Source: an uncultured Pelagibacteraceae bacterium
Lineage (GTDB): Bacteria; Pseudomonadota; Alphaproteobacteria; Pelagibacterales; Pelagibacteraceae
Assembly: GCA_902517735.1 (NCBI GenBank)
Contig: CABYDK010000001.1
Span: 2,334-66,333 of the forward strand
Length of the DNA: 64,000 nt
Reading direction: 5' to 3'
Shown: positions 10,896 through 21,766 of the stretch, in pieces
How positions within the stretch are numbered: position 1 is the stretch's first letter
How the letters are laid out: each line of letters begins with the position of its first letter
Made by a program: the position numbers and the translations under genes
The notes under the pieces: generated by a model
Databases searched by the model: none
Told to the model about the DNA's origin: nothing
Seen by the model: the letters and a program-made list of their open reading frames with translations, nothing else

Positions 10896-11821
10896 TGATA
10901 AAAAAGAAAATTTTATTTTTAGTTATCGCAATTTTTTTTTCTAATAAGATTTTATTAGCCGATATCAAGATAATAGTATTGGTTGATGATGAAATAATTA
11001 CTAATTATGATTTAGAAAATGAAATTAATTATTTAGAAATATTAAATTCAAATCTTAATCAATTAAATGATAATCAAAGAATAGAGATAGCAAAAAGTAC
11101 CTTAATTAATCAAATTATAAAAAAAAAAGAAATTAAAAAATTTGTAACTATGGAAAGTGAGAACCAATTCATTAATAACTATTTGAAAGAGCTGTATTCA
11201 AGATTAGGATTCGATGATGAAAAAGAATTTGAAAATATATTAAAAAAAAAAACAAATTACGATTTATCAAAAATTAAAGAAAAAATAAAAATAGACTTGT
11301 ATTGGAATGATTTAATTTTTAATAAATATAATAATCAAATCAAAATAAATAAAAAAGAGATGCTAGCTAAAATTGAAGTTATGCAAGAAGACTCAAAAAA
11401 AGAATATTTTCTATCAGAAATAGTTTTTGCTAAGAAAAAAAATAAAACAATACAAGATCTATATACAGAAATTAAAATAAGCATAGAAGAGATAGGTTTT
11501 AATAATACAGCAAATATTTATAGTAATTCAGATAGTTCTAAATTTGGAGGCAAGGTAGGTTGGGTAACTGAAATAAGTTTATCTAAAACTGTTAAAGAAA
11601 AATTAAAAAATATCAATAAGGGAGAAATTACAGATTTAATAAGATTAGCAAACAATTTTTTGATACTCAAAATAGAGGACGAGAGAATTGTTAAAACTGT
11701 TATCGATAAGGATAAAGAAATTGAAAGATTAATCAATTTAGAGAGAAATGAACAATTAAACAAGTTTTCAAAAATATATTTTAATAAATCAAAATTAAAT
11801 TATTCTATAAATGAAAAATAA
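10892..11821 (+). CDS. surA: SurA-like periplasmic chaperone/PPIase
   Basis: Signal peptide, VDDEIITNYD, parvulin-like A..YS.S.SSKFGGKVGW, synteny after lptD. Confidence 0.82.
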   Translation: MMIKKKILFLVIAIFFSNKILLADIKIIVLVDDEIITNYDLENEINYLEILNSNLNQLNDNQRIEIAKSTLINQIIKKKEIKKFVTMESENQFINNYLKELYSRLGFDDEKEFENILKKKTNYDLSKIKEKIKIDLYWNDLIFNKYNNQIKINKKEMLAKIEVMQEDSKKEYFLSEIVFAKKKNKTIQDLYTEIKISIEEIGFNNTANIYSNSDSSKFGGKVGWVTEISLSKTVKEKLKNINKGEITDLIRLANNFLILKIEDERIVKTVIDKDKEIERLINLERNEQLNKFSKIYFNKSKLNYSINEK

Positions 11822-12776
11822 ACCAATTTTGTTAATTGCAGGCGAACCAAAAAGTATTTTTTTTGAAATTTTATTTAAAGCATTAAAGAAAAAAAAATAT
11901 AAAAGTCCATTAATTTTAATTTGCAATAAAAAAATATTAATAAACCAAATGAAACTTTATAATTATAAAAAAAAATTAAGAATATTAGATATTAAAAATA
12001 TAGATAAAAGAAAGATAAATAATAATTATTTGAATGTTTTAGATATACATTTTAAAGAATCTGCCAGAAAAATTTACCATAATAAACTTTTAAGAAATTA
12101 TTTGAATACCTCATTTAATATTGCTTTTAAATTAATTGATAATGGGGTTACAAATAAATTAATTAATGGACCAATTAATAAAACAAACTTTCTAAATAGA
12201 AAATTTTTAGGAATAACCGAATATATTTCGAATAAATTTAAAAAAAAAAATACAGGAATGCTTATATATAATAAAAAACTATCTGTTTGCCCAGTTACAA
12301 CGCATTTGCCTTTAAAAATGGTTGCAAAGACTATAACAAAAAAATTAATTTCAGAAAAAATTGATCTAATAGATAATTTTTATAAAAAACACCTCAAAAT
12401 CAAAGCTAAAATTGCAGTTACAGGGTTAAATCCTCACTGTGAAAGCATATCTAGGTTTAATGAAGACGAAAAAATAATTCCTTTTTTAATAAAGAAAAAG
12501 ATGAAAAAAAATATAAATATAAAAGGCCCTTATTCTGCTGATACAATATTTTTAAAACAAAATAGAAAAAAATTTAATATAATTTTAGGAATGTATCATG
12601 ATCAAGTTATCGGGCCTTTTAAATCTATTTTTGAGTATGATGCTATAAATATTACAATGGGATTACCTATAATGCGTATATCTCCAGACCATGGACCAAA
12701 TATAAGCATGATTGGAAAAAATAAGTCAAATCCCTTAAGTTTAATTAAGGCTTTAGATTTTTTAGATAAAAGGTGA
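11811..12776 (+). CDS. pdxA: 4-hydroxythreonine-4-phosphate dehydrogenase
   Basis: AGEP, GPINK, TTHLPL, GLNPH, SADT, MYHDQ, RISPDHG. Confidence 0.95.
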   Translation: MKNKPILLIAGEPKSIFFEILFKALKKKKYKSPLILICNKKILINQMKLYNYKKKLRILDIKNIDKRKINNNYLNVLDIHFKESARKIYHNKLLRNYLNTSFNIAFKLIDNGVTNKLINGPINKTNFLNRKFLGITEYISNKFKKKNTGMLIYNKKLSVCPVTTHLPLKMVAKTITKKLISEKIDLIDNFYKKHLKIKAKIAVTGLNPHCESISRFNEDEKIIPFLIKKKMKKNINIKGPYSADTIFLKQNRKKFNIILGMYHDQVIGPFKSIFEYDAINITMGLPIMRISPDHGPNISMIGKNKSNPLSLIKALDFLDKR

Positions 12777-13561
12777 TAAAAGCAAAAAAAAGTCTGGGCC
12801 AAAACTTTTTGATTGACTCAAATGTAATCACAAAAATTCTAAATACAGTAAATATTTTTGATCAATCAATCTTAGAAATTGGACCTGGAACAGGAAATCT
12901 TACTCAAAAAATTTTAAAAAAAAACCCAAAAAAAATAATTGTAATAGAAAAAGACGATAAATTAGCTTTATTACTAAAAAAAAATTTTGGATCTAAAATA
13001 GAAATTATTAATAAGGATGTGCTTAAAGTAAATGAAAAATTATTACACAATGAAAGATTAATTGTTTTTGGAAATCTACCGTATAACATTTCAACTGAAA
13101 TCTTATGTAAATGGATACTTAATATAAAAAATCAAAATTTTTGGTTTAGTCATCTCATATTGATGTTCCAAAAAGAAGTGGCAGACAGAATAATTGCTTT
13201 ACCTGACTCGAAAAATTATGGAAGATTATCCATTATTTCTAATTGGAAATTATATATAAAAAAAATTTGTGATGTAAAACCCTCAAGTTTTTCTCCTAAA
13301 CCTAAAATCGATAGCACTATCTTATATTTTGAACCTAAGCAAAATTTTTTTAAATTGAATAATTCAAAAAGCTTAGAGAAAATTACTAGAATTTTTTTTA
13401 ATCATCGTAGAAAAATGATTAAAAAACCATATAACTTATTATTTAATAAGAATTTAGAAATTGCTAAAAAACTTAATATAAATTTAAATCTCAGACCTCA
13501 AAATTTAGACTTTGAAACATATTTTAAACTAGCAGATGAGCTCGAAAAACTAAGTTGTTAA
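12773..13561 (+). CDS. rsmA: 16S rRNA m6,2A dimethyltransferase KsgA
   Basis: [30 protein letters not shown]. Confidence 0.97.
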   Translation: MIKAKKSLGQNFLIDSNVITKILNTVNIFDQSILEIGPGTGNLTQKILKKNPKKIIVIEKDDKLALLLKKNFGSKIEIINKDVLKVNEKLLHNERLIVFGNLPYNISTEILCKWILNIKNQNFWFSHLILMFQKEVADRIIALPDSKNYGRLSIISNWKLYIKKICDVKPSSFSPKPKIDSTILYFEPKQNFFKLNNSKSLEKITRIFFNHRRKMIKKPYNLLFNKNLEIAKKLNINLNLRPQNLDFETYFKLADELEKLSC

Positions 13562-14182
13562 TTTTTCTACATGTTTTCTTATATATTCTAAATCGTAATC
13601 TTTAGATCCATTGTTTATTTCTGCATTTATCAAGCTTTGTATTCTTCTATAACAGTCTTGTAAATTGTCATTTATCACTACATAGTCATAATTAATCCAA
13701 TGTAAAACATCCCTCTCGAATTGCTTCATTCTTTCTTCAACAATTAATTTATCTTTCATATCTCTATTAGATAGTCTTTGAAATAAAATTTTTTTACTTG
13801 GTGGTAATATAAAAAATGTAATTAATTTATAATCAAGGTTTTTGTTTTTAATTTGATCTGCACCTTGCCAGTCAATATCAAATAAAACATTTTGTCCTTT
13901 ACTAAGTTTTTCTATTACAGGAGTTCTGGTTGTTCCATAATAATTATTGAATACTTTAGCATATTCTAAAAACTCTTGATTCTTTATTAATCTTTTAAAC
14001 TCATCGTCATTGACAAAAAAATAGTCTTTGTCAGGAATTTCATTTACCCGAGGCTGTCTTGTTGTATGAGATATTGATATCTTAAAATTTTCTTTTTCAG
14101 AAATAAGGTTTACTAGAGTTGTTTTACCTGCTCCAGAAGGAGAAGACAAAATAACCATTACCCCATCATTTGAAGCGGGCAT
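13550..14182 (-). CDS. gmk: Guanylate kinase
   Basis: [30 protein letters not shown]. Confidence 0.97.
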   Translation of the reverse strand: MPASNDGVMVILSSPSGAGKTTLVNLISEKENFKISISHTTRQPRVNEIPDKDYFFVNDDEFKRLIKNQEFLEYAKVFNNYYGTTRTPVIEKLSKGQNVLFDIDWQGADQIKNKNLDYKLITFFILPPSKKILFQRLSNRDMKDKLIVEERMKQFERDVLHWINYDYVVINDNLQDCYRRIQSLINAEINNGSKDYDLEYIRKHVEKLTT

Positions 14183-14191
14183 TAAAAACTA

Positions 14192-14431
14192 TTAGTTAGC
14201 CTTGCCTTCTATAAATTTAACAGCGTCCCCTACTGTTAAGATTTTTTCAGCTTCGCTATCTGAAATTTCTGAACCAAACTCTTCCTCAAAAGCCATAACC
14301 AATTCTACAGTGTCTAAACTGTCAGCACCCAAATCATCTATAAAACTAGACTCATCAGTAACTTTTGTTTCATCAATTCCTAAATGGTCTGCAACTATTT
14401 TTTTTACTTTGCTCGAAACATCTTCTGACAT
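14192..14431 (-). CDS. acpP: Acyl carrier protein
   Basis: [20 protein letters not shown]. Confidence 0.98.
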   Translation of the reverse strand: MSEDVSSKVKKIVADHLGIDETKVTDESSFIDDLGADSLDTVELVMAFEEEFGSEISDSEAEKILTVGDAVKFIEGKAN

Positions 14432-14454
14432 ATTGATCCTTTTTTGTTATAAAA

Positions 14455-14485
14455 TCGTTATTAGTTTAATTACCTAGTTTGTCAA
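14455..14485 (-). promoter_or_regulatory. Putative internal sigma70 promoter for acpP
   Basis: Minus strand TTGACA (overlapping the fabG stop)-N16-TAATAA, with an AAGGA SD before the acpP ATG. Confidence 0.4.
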
Positions 14486-15216
14486 GCCATATACATGCCC
14501 CCATTAACATGTAATGTTTCTCCATTAATATAATCCGATTGACTAGAGGATAAAAAAAGAACTGCATTTGCAATATCTTCTGGCTCACCTAGTCTAGCTG
14601 AAGGGATTTTTGAGATTATAACCTCTTTAAATTTTTCATCTATTTTTTTTGTCATAGCGGTATTAATAAACCCTGGTGAAATACAATTAATATTAATATT
14701 TTTTTTTGCATACTCAATTGCTAGACTTTTTGACATAGCTACAATTCCTGCTTTAGAAGCTGTGTAATTTGATTGTCCCACATTTCCTGTATGACCAACT
14801 ACTGAAGTAATGTTAACAATTTTACCTTTTTTGTTTTTAATCATTTTTTTAATAGCAAATTTACTCATAAAGAAAGTAGAGTTAAGATTAATATCTATAA
14901 CATTTTTCCACTCTTCTACACTCATTCTGATTGCTAAATTATCTTGTGTAATACCAGCATTATTTATAAGACAATCTAAGCCACCTAGTTCTTGTGATGC
15001 ATTTTCAATAAATTTCTCAATTTTATCAATTTGAGAAATATCAAATTTTAATATTTTTATATTTTTATATTTATTTTTCAATTCTTCAAGTTTCTCCATT
15101 CTAGTTCCAGATGCTAAAATGTTAGCTCCACACTCATTTAGTTTCTCAACAATTGAATTTCCAATTCCACCTGACGCACCTGTGACGATAATATTTTTAT
15201 TTTTAAGATCTATCAT
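14482..15216 (-). CDS. fabG: 3-oxoacyl-ACP reductase
   Basis: TGASGGIG, NNAGIT.D, YTASKAG, GETLHVNGG. Lies between fabD and acpP. Confidence 0.96.
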   Translation of the reverse strand: MIDLKNKNIIVTGASGGIGNSIVEKLNECGANILASGTRMEKLEELKNKYKNIKILKFDISQIDKIEKFIENASQELGGLDCLINNAGITQDNLAIRMSVEEWKNVIDINLNSTFFMSKFAIKKMIKNKKGKIVNITSVVGHTGNVGQSNYTASKAGIVAMSKSLAIEYAKKNININCISPGFINTAMTKKIDEKFKEVIISKIPSARLGEPEDIANAVLFLSSSQSDYINGETLHVNGGMYMA

Positions 15217-16139
15217 ATTTTAATATATTTTATATCATCTTCATTGTTAATTGAACTAACTTCAACTTCTTTATTAATTCTTCTTACTAATCCAGATAAG
15301 ACCTTACCTGGGCCAATTTCAATAAATTGATATACCCCTTTATTGACCATATTAATAATACTTTCTCTCCATCTAACCCTATTTTCAATCTGTTTAATCA
15401 GTAAATTTTTCAAATCTTCTGCATTGGAAATTTCATCAGCTGTAATATTAGAAATTAAAGGAATATTTCCTTTTTTAAAATTTAATTTACCTAACTCTTC
15501 TCTCATAATATCAGTTGCTTTACTCATTAAACTACAATGAAATGGTGCACTCACAGGTAGCTTAATATTTTTAATTTTATTTTGCCTTAAAAAATTACTT
15601 AGATTTTCTAAATCTTGTGTTTTTCCACTTACTACTATTTGACCTTCTGAGTTATCATTAGCAATCTCAACCAAAAAGTTTTTTTGGTTATCTTTTAAAA
15701 TATTTTCAATATTTTCAACTGTAGTTCCTAATACTGCTACCATGCCTCCTTCACCATTAGGAACTGAATTTTGCATTGCATTTCCTCTTATTTTTAAAAT
15801 TCTAATTGTATCTTTAAAATTAAGATAATCTGCACACGCAATCGCAGTATATTCTCCTAATGAATGTCCAGCGAAGAATTTTGCTTTATTCAAATCAATA
15901 TTGAATTCTTTATTAACTAACTGGAAGATTGAATAACTTATCAAAAAAATAGCAGGCTGAGTATTAGAAGTTAAATCTAATTCTTCCTTTGGACCCTCTA
16001 ATATTATTTTGGATAAAGACATATTGAGCGCATCATCAGCCTCTTTAAATAAATTTTTTACAAGATCAAACTTATTGTAAAACTCTTTTCCCATTCCCAC
16101 AATCTGAGAACCTTGCCCTGGAAAAATTACAGAAAACAT
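15213..16139 (-). CDS. fabD: Malonyl-CoA:ACP transacylase
   Basis: FPGQGSQ, TQPA, GHSLGEY, VSAPFH, EIGPG. Confidence 0.97.
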   Translation of the reverse strand: MFSVIFPGQGSQIVGMGKEFYNKFDLVKNLFKEADDALNMSLSKIILEGPKEELDLTSNTQPAIFLISYSIFQLVNKEFNIDLNKAKFFAGHSLGEYTAIACADYLNFKDTIRILKIRGNAMQNSVPNGEGGMVAVLGTTVENIENILKDNQKNFLVEIANDNSEGQIVVSGKTQDLENLSNFLRQNKIKNIKLPVSAPFHCSLMSKATDIMREELGKLNFKKGNIPLISNITADEISNAEDLKNLLIKQIENRVRWRESIINMVNKGVYQFIEIGPGKVLSGLVRRINKEVEVSSINNEDDIKYIKI

Positions 16140-16173
16140 ATAAAAAATTATTTAATTTTTGCCCTTTTTACTG

Positions 16174-16202
16174 TTGAAATTGAAGACTTATAATAGTATA
16201 TC
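16174..16202 (+). promoter_or_regulatory. Putative sigma70 promoter of the rpsF-rpsR-rplI operon
   Basis: TTGAAA-N17-TATATC about 25 bp upstream of the rpsF ATG. Confidence 0.45.
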
Positions 16203-16226
16203 CTCACGTTTTATTAAAGAATTTAA

Positions 16227-16589
16227 ATGAATTTATACGAACACACTATTATAGCTAGGCAAGATACTTCGCCAAGTGAACTTAAACAACTTACTGAAAA
16301 ATATTCAAAAATAGTTGAAAAAAATGAGGGAGAAGTGGTTAAAACAGAGAATTGGGGATTACTGAACCTTTCTTACTTAATTAAAAAAAATAAAAAAGGT
16401 AGTTACATTCATTTCAAAATTAAAGGTAAAGGTAGAGTAGTTGAAGAATTAGAGAAAAACGAAGCTATTGATAAAAAATTATTAAGATATCTTACAGTAA
16501 AAGTAAAAGAATTCGATTTAAATACAAATTATTTTGCTAAAAAAGAAGATAGTGAAAAATTAGAAAAAAAAGAAAAAAAAACTAATTAA
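16227..16589 (+). CDS. rpsF: 30S ribosomal protein S6
   Basis: [26 protein letters not shown]. Confidence 0.96.
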   Translation: MNLYEHTIIARQDTSPSELKQLTEKYSKIVEKNEGEVVKTENWGLLNLSYLIKKNKKGSYIHFKIKGKGRVVEELEKNEAIDKKLLRYLTVKVKEFDLNTNYFAKKEDSEKLEKKEKKTN

Positions 16590-16591
16590 GT

Positions 16592-16864
16592 ATGCCAAAA
16601 AGACAAAGTGGAAATAAAAAAGGTAGACAGAGTAATTTTGCAAAGCTTAGTATTTTTCAACCTAACAAGTATAAATTTAAGAAGAATTGTCCCTTATCTA
16701 TAAAAGGAGCTCCAAAAGTTGATTATAAAAACATAAAACTATTAAAAAAATATATATCAGAAAATGGCAAAATCCTTCCTTCCAGAATTACGAATGTGAG
16801 TCAAAAGAAACAAAGAGAATTATCTTTATCAATTAAAAGAGCTAGAAATTTAGCACTATTATAA
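16592..16864 (+). CDS. rpsR: 30S ribosomal protein S18
   Basis: [29 protein letters not shown]. Confidence 0.96.
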   Translation: MPKRQSGNKKGRQSNFAKLSIFQPNKYKFKKNCPLSIKGAPKVDYKNIKLLKKYISENGKILPSRITNVSQKKQRELSLSIKRARNLALL

Positions 16865-16865
16865 A

Positions 16866-17324
16866 ATGAAAGTTATTTTATTAGAAAATGTCAAAAAAAT
16901 TGGTTCGATCGGTGAAGTAATTGATGTCAAAAGAGGTTTTGCTAGAAATTATTTGATAGCAAATAAAAAAGCCTTATATGCATCTAAAGAAAATATTAAG
17001 GGAGTAGAAAAAATTAAATCCGAGCTTGCTAAAAAAGATAATGATAAAAAAGCTGAAGCACAAAAAATTTATCAGCAGATAAACAAAAAGCAATATTCTG
17101 TTAAAAAATTAAGCACAGAAAATAATGAATTATACGGTTCAGTAAAACCTACTGAGATTGCAAAAATAATTCAAGAAATAAATAAAGTTGATATCAAGCC
17201 TTCTATGATACAACCTATTCAAGAAATAAAATCTATTGGAAAGCATAAAGTAAAAATTTATTTACACTCAGAAGTTGATGCCGAAATTACTATAAGCGTT
17301 CTGTCTGCAGAAAGTATTCAGTAA
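16866..17324 (+). CDS. rplI: 50S ribosomal protein L9
   Basis: MKVILLE, VKRGFARNYL, LYGSV. Confidence 0.97.
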   Translation: MKVILLENVKKIGSIGEVIDVKRGFARNYLIANKKALYASKENIKGVEKIKSELAKKDNDKKAEAQKIYQQINKKQYSVKKLSTENNELYGSVKPTEIAKIIQEINKVDIKPSMIQPIQEIKSIGKHKVKIYLHSEVDAEITISVLSAESIQ

Positions 17325-17334
17325 TTATACAATT

Positions 17335-17398
17335 TCATCCACAGTAGTATTTTTAAATTTTAAATAATTTTTTTCGTATAGGATGTTGATGTGGAAAA
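17335..17398. promoter_or_regulatory. Two convergent DnaA-box-like 9-mers around the dnaB start
   Basis: TCATCCACA at 17335-17343 (+, one mismatch to TTATCCACA) and TTTTCCACA at 17390-17398 (-, fits TTWTNCACA). Confidence 0.35.
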
Positions 17399-18809
17399 TA
17401 ATTTAAGTATTGTCAAAGATAACTTCAAAGAACTTCCAAATAATATTGAAGCAGAACAATCTGTAATTGGTTCTATTTTAGTAACTAATGAAATCTTTGA
17501 TGAAATTAGTACAATCATTTCAAGTATTAATTTTTATGATCCAATGCATCAAAAAATTTATAATGCAGTTGAAAACTTAATTTATAAAGGGATGCTTGCA
17601 AATCCTATTACTCTTAAAAATTATTTTGAAGATGAAAAAGATGATTTAGATGTTCCAGAATATTTAATCAAAATTACAAAATTTTCTACTTCAGTAAGAC
17701 AAGCTATTGAGTACTCAAAAATTATTTATGATATGTTTGTCAGACGAGAATTAATAAAAATTTCAGAACAAACTATAGATAGCGCAAAAATTAATGACTT
17801 GGATACTAACGGTCAGAATATTATTGAAAATTCTGAAAAATTATTATTTGATTTAGCTGAAAAAGGTTCTTTTAACTCTTCTTTAATTAAATTTGATGAC
17901 GCTATGAAACAAACTATTGAAATGGCATCTGCTGCTTATAAAAATGAAGGTGGAATCGTTGGAGTTCCAACTGGACTTAGAGATTTAGATGATAGACTTG
18001 GTGGGTTTCATAATTCAGATTTAATTATTATAGCAGGTAGACCTTCAATGGGTAAAACATCTCTTGCTACAAATATAGCTTTTAATGCTGCAAAACATAT
18101 TCAAGATAAAGGTAAAAAATCATCTATTGCTTTTTTTTCATTAGAGATGTCATCGGAACAATTATCTACTAGAATCTTATCTGAACAAGCTCGTATTGGA
18201 TCAAATGATATAAGACGTGGAAGAATTTCAGACGAACAATTTGATCAATTTTTAGAAACATCAAAAAATATTGCCGAACTCCCTTTATTTATTGATGAAA
18301 CACCTGCAATCAGTATTGCTGCAATGAGTAATAGAGCTAGAAGAATTAAAAGACTACATGGTTTAGAAATGATTGTAGTTGATTATATTCAATTAATGAG
18401 AGGAACATCTTTTAACAAAGATGGTAGAGTTCAAGAAATTTCTCAAATCACTCAAGGTTTAAAAGCTATTGCTAAAGAGTTAGGAATTCCTGTAGTAGCT
18501 TTATCACAACTATCAAGACAAGTTGAGCAGCGTGATGATCATAAACCACAATTAGCAGATTTAAGAGAGTCTGGATCAATCGAACAGGATGCTGATGTTG
18601 TAATGTTCGTTTATAGGGAAGGTTATTACTTACAGAGAAAAGAACCAAGAGAAGCAACAGTAGAACATGCTGAGTGGCAAGCAAAAATGAATGAAGTAGC
18701 ACATTTAGCTCAAATTATAATTGGGAAACAACGCCACGGCCCAATTGGTAAAGTAACCCTTGAATTTGAAGAGAGATTTACGAAATTTAAGGATACTCAA
18801 ATTAATTAA
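17391..18809 (+). CDS. dnaB: Replicative DNA helicase
   Basis: P.NIEAEQSVIG, AGRPSMGKT, FSLEMS, VDYIQLM, DLRESGSIEQDAD, KQRHGP. GTG start, no intein. Confidence 0.98.
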   Translation: MENNLSIVKDNFKELPNNIEAEQSVIGSILVTNEIFDEISTIISSINFYDPMHQKIYNAVENLIYKGMLANPITLKNYFEDEKDDLDVPEYLIKITKFSTSVRQAIEYSKIIYDMFVRRELIKISEQTIDSAKINDLDTNGQNIIENSEKLLFDLAEKGSFNSSLIKFDDAMKQTIEMASAAYKNEGGIVGVPTGLRDLDDRLGGFHNSDLIIIAGRPSMGKTSLATNIAFNAAKHIQDKGKKSSIAFFSLEMSSEQLSTRILSEQARIGSNDIRRGRISDEQFDQFLETSKNIAELPLFIDETPAISIAAMSNRARRIKRLHGLEMIVVDYIQLMRGTSFNKDGRVQEISQITQGLKAIAKELGIPVVALSQLSRQVEQRDDHKPQLADLRESGSIEQDADVVMFVYREGYYLQRKEPREATVEHAEWQAKMNEVAHLAQIIIGKQRHGPIGKVTLEFEERFTKFKDTQIN

Positions 18810-18829
18810 TTTCAAATATAAAAGAGCTT

Positions 18830-21217
18830 ATGTTTGCTGATTTGTATGAAAATACAATCTTAAAAAACCCAAAATCTATTTTTGCAATATTAATAATTGC
18901 ATTATTTAGCTTTGGTTATTTTTCAAAAGATTTTAGGTTAGATGCTTCTTCTGAAACTTTATTAATTGAGGGAGATCCAGATCTTGAATATTTAAGAGAA
19001 ATTACAAATAGATATGGCTCAAAAGAATTTTTAGTTTTAACTTACTCCCCAAATGATGGAATGGTTACTGATAGCTCTATTAATAATTTATTAAGTTTAA
19101 AATATAAAATTCAAAGTTTAGATTGGGTCCACAATGTAATTACACTTTTAGATATTCCACTTTTAAATAATTCAGATGCCCCTCTTCAAGAAAGATTGGA
19201 AAATTTTAAAACTTTAAAAGATGAAGATGTAGATAAAGATAGAGGTTTTAAAGAAATTTTAAATAGTCCAGTTTTTAGAAATTTTGTAATCAGCGAGGAT
19301 GGAAAAACAAGTGGAATTATAGTTAACATTAAAAAAAATCCTCCCTTAGTAGATATCGATAATAAATCTAGAAAAGAAGTAGAGAGATACAGAGATCAAA
19401 TAAAAAAACAGAATCATGAAAATATTTTGGAAATTAGAGATGTTATTAAAAGTTATGAAGATATTGGAAAAATTTATTTAGGAGGAATTCCAATGATAGC
19501 TGATGATATGATGACATTTATTAAAAGTGATATTGTTGTTTTTGGTCTAGGAGTTTTATTATTTATTATTGCAACTCTTTGGTTTATTTTTAGAAAAATT
19601 ATTTGGATAATTGTTCCTATTAGTAGCTGTTTCTTTTCTGTGATCATTATGATGGGTTTGCTTGGTTTGCTCGGCTGGAAAGTTACAGTCATTTCATCAA
19701 ACTTTATTGCTCTAATGCTTATCTTAACAATGGCAATGAACATTCATATGAGTACAAGATTTTTGCAACTTAGAAACGCTTATCCATCAAAAACAAGTCT
19801 GGAAATCTTATCTTTAACAACAAATAAAATGTTTTGGCCTATTCTTTACACTGTTTTGACTACAGTAATTGCATTTTTATCTTTAATTTTTAGTGAAATT
19901 AAACCTATCATTGATTTTGGATGGATGATGACTTTTGGATTGGTAACATCATTTTTAATAACTTTTACCTTGCTTCCTACCTTACTAAGTTTTGTAACTA
20001 CAAAAAATATAAGTGTAAAAGAAAATGAAGGATCAATAATAACTAAGTTCTTTGGGAATTTATCTTTAAATTATCAATTACCTATTTTTATTATTACAAT
20101 TTTAATAATTGTGTTAAGCATATTAGGAATTTCAAAATTAGAAGTTGAAAACAGTTTCATCAATTACTTCAGTAAAAAAACAGAGATTTATAAAGGAATG
20201 AAACTAATTGATGAACAACTTGGAGGTACCACACCACTTGAAGTAATTATAAAATTTCCTGAAGCTAATAAAGATGAAAATGTTGATGATGATGATTTTG
20301 AAGATTGGGGTGATGAAAGTGAGGAAGAAAATGAAAAATATTGGTTCACTAAAGATAAAATTGATACGATCGCAAATGTTCATAATTATTTAGATACTCT
20401 TCCTGAAATTGGAAAAGTATTATCTTTTTCTTCAATAATCGATGTTGCAACTCAACTGAATAATAATAAACCACTTGGTACTTTAGAGATGGGAGTTTTA
20501 TACACCAAAATTCCTGAAACTATAAAAACTGAAATTATAGATCCATATATTTCGATAAATGATAATGAAGCCCGTATTAGTTTAAGAATAATAGACTCTC
20601 AAGAAAATTTAAGAAGAAATGATTTAATTAATAAAATTAATTTTGACCTCCAAAATGACCTTGGAATAGAAGAAAGTCGGTTCAAATTGGCAGGTGTTTT
20701 AATTTTATTTAATAATCTTTTACAAAGTTTATTTAAATCTCAAATCCTAACCTTAGGACTAGTGATGATTGGTATATTTTCAATGTTTGTGATTTTATTT
20801 AGAAATATAAAATTATCTTTGATAGGAGTGGTACCAAATTTTATAGCTGCCTTTTTTATTTTGGGTATTATTGGTTTGCTTGGTATCCCTCTTGATATGA
20901 TGACAATTACAATTGCAGCAATTACAATTGGTATAGCGGTAGATAATAGCATCCATTATATTTATCGTTTCAAAGAAGAGTTCCAAAAGATCAAAGATTA
21001 CAAAAAAACAGTAAAGACTTGTCATTCAACAGTTGGTGTTGCAATACTAAATACATCAATAACAATCGTATTTGGTTTTTCAATTTTAGTTTTATCTAAA
21101 TTTATTCCAACTATTTATTTTGGAATATTTACCGGATTAGCTATGCTAATTGCAATGATTTCAGTATTAACCTTACTCCCTTCTCTAATACTAGTTACAA
21201 AACCTTTTGGAAAATAA
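18830..21217 (+). CDS. MMPL/RND-family inner-membrane transporter
   Basis: Two repeated TM bundles with large periplasmic loops. TIGIAVDNSIH RND-type motif. Confidence 0.85.
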   Translation: MFADLYENTILKNPKSIFAILIIALFSFGYFSKDFRLDASSETLLIEGDPDLEYLREITNRYGSKEFLVLTYSPNDGMVTDSSINNLLSLKYKIQSLDWVHNVITLLDIPLLNNSDAPLQERLENFKTLKDEDVDKDRGFKEILNSPVFRNFVISEDGKTSGIIVNIKKNPPLVDIDNKSRKEVERYRDQIKKQNHENILEIRDVIKSYEDIGKIYLGGIPMIADDMMTFIKSDIVVFGLGVLLFIIATLWFIFRKIIWIIVPISSCFFSVIIMMGLLGLLGWKVTVISSNFIALMLILTMAMNIHMSTRFLQLRNAYPSKTSLEILSLTTNKMFWPILYTVLTTVIAFLSLIFSEIKPIIDFGWMMTFGLVTSFLITFTLLPTLLSFVTTKNISVKENEGSIITKFFGNLSLNYQLPIFIITILIIVLSILGISKLEVENSFINYFSKKTEIYKGMKLIDEQLGGTTPLEVIIKFPEANKDENVDDDDFEDWGDESEEENEKYWFTKDKIDTIANVHNYLDTLPEIGKVLSFSSIIDVATQLNNNKPLGTLEMGVLYTKIPETIKTEIIDPYISINDNEARISLRIIDSQENLRRNDLINKINFDLQNDLGIEESRFKLAGVLILFNNLLQSLFKSQILTLGLVMIGIFSMFVILFRNIKLSLIGVVPNFIAAFFILGIIGLLGIPLDMMTITIAAITIGIAVDNSIHYIYRFKEEFQKIKDYKKTVKTCHSTVGVAILNTSITIVFGFSILVLSKFIPTIYFGIFTGLAMLIAMISVLTLLPSLILVTKPFGK

Positions 21218-21220
21218 TTG

Positions 21221-21766
21221 ATGTTAGACGTTTTTGCAGAATTTTATAATGCAGCTTCAATCATAGATATAATTTATCTCACTATCACTATTCTGTCTTT
21301 AATTAAATGTTACAAAAAAGGATTTGTTTTAAGTATTCTTTCAATGACGAAATGGTTGCTTGCTTATATTGTAACTTTAATAATTTTTCCAAGAACAAAA
21401 CCATACTTCGATGAAATTATCGATAATGAATATGTTTTAGATGTTGGACTTGGTATTACAATATTTGTTATAGTTATCTTTTTTGTCTTAATGATTAATA
21501 AAGGAATAAGTAAAGTTGTTCGATATACAGGAATTGGAAGTTTAGATACTGTTTTTGGATTCTTTTTTGGGTTTATAAGAGCATACATAATTTCTATTTG
21601 TATCTTTTCAGGTATCCATATCGTGTATAATTATGATAAATGGCCAATAAATGTAGATAAATCATATGTCTTTCCATATTTAAAGAAAGGTAGTAATTAT
21701 TTGTTGAAAGAATTTCCAGATGAAAAAACATATCAAGATTCCCGAGAAAAAATTGAAGATTTATAG
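21221..21766 (+). CDS. cvpA: CvpA family membrane protein
   Basis: KKGFVLSIL, LDTVFGFFFGFIRA. Directly upstream of purF. Confidence 0.85.
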   Translation: MLDVFAEFYNAASIIDIIYLTITILSLIKCYKKGFVLSILSMTKWLLAYIVTLIIFPRTKPYFDEIIDNEYVLDVGLGITIFVIVIFFVLMINKGISKVVRYTGIGSLDTVFGFFFGFIRAYIISICIFSGIHIVYNYDKWPINVDKSYVFPYLKKGSNYLLKEFPDEKTYQDSREKIEDL

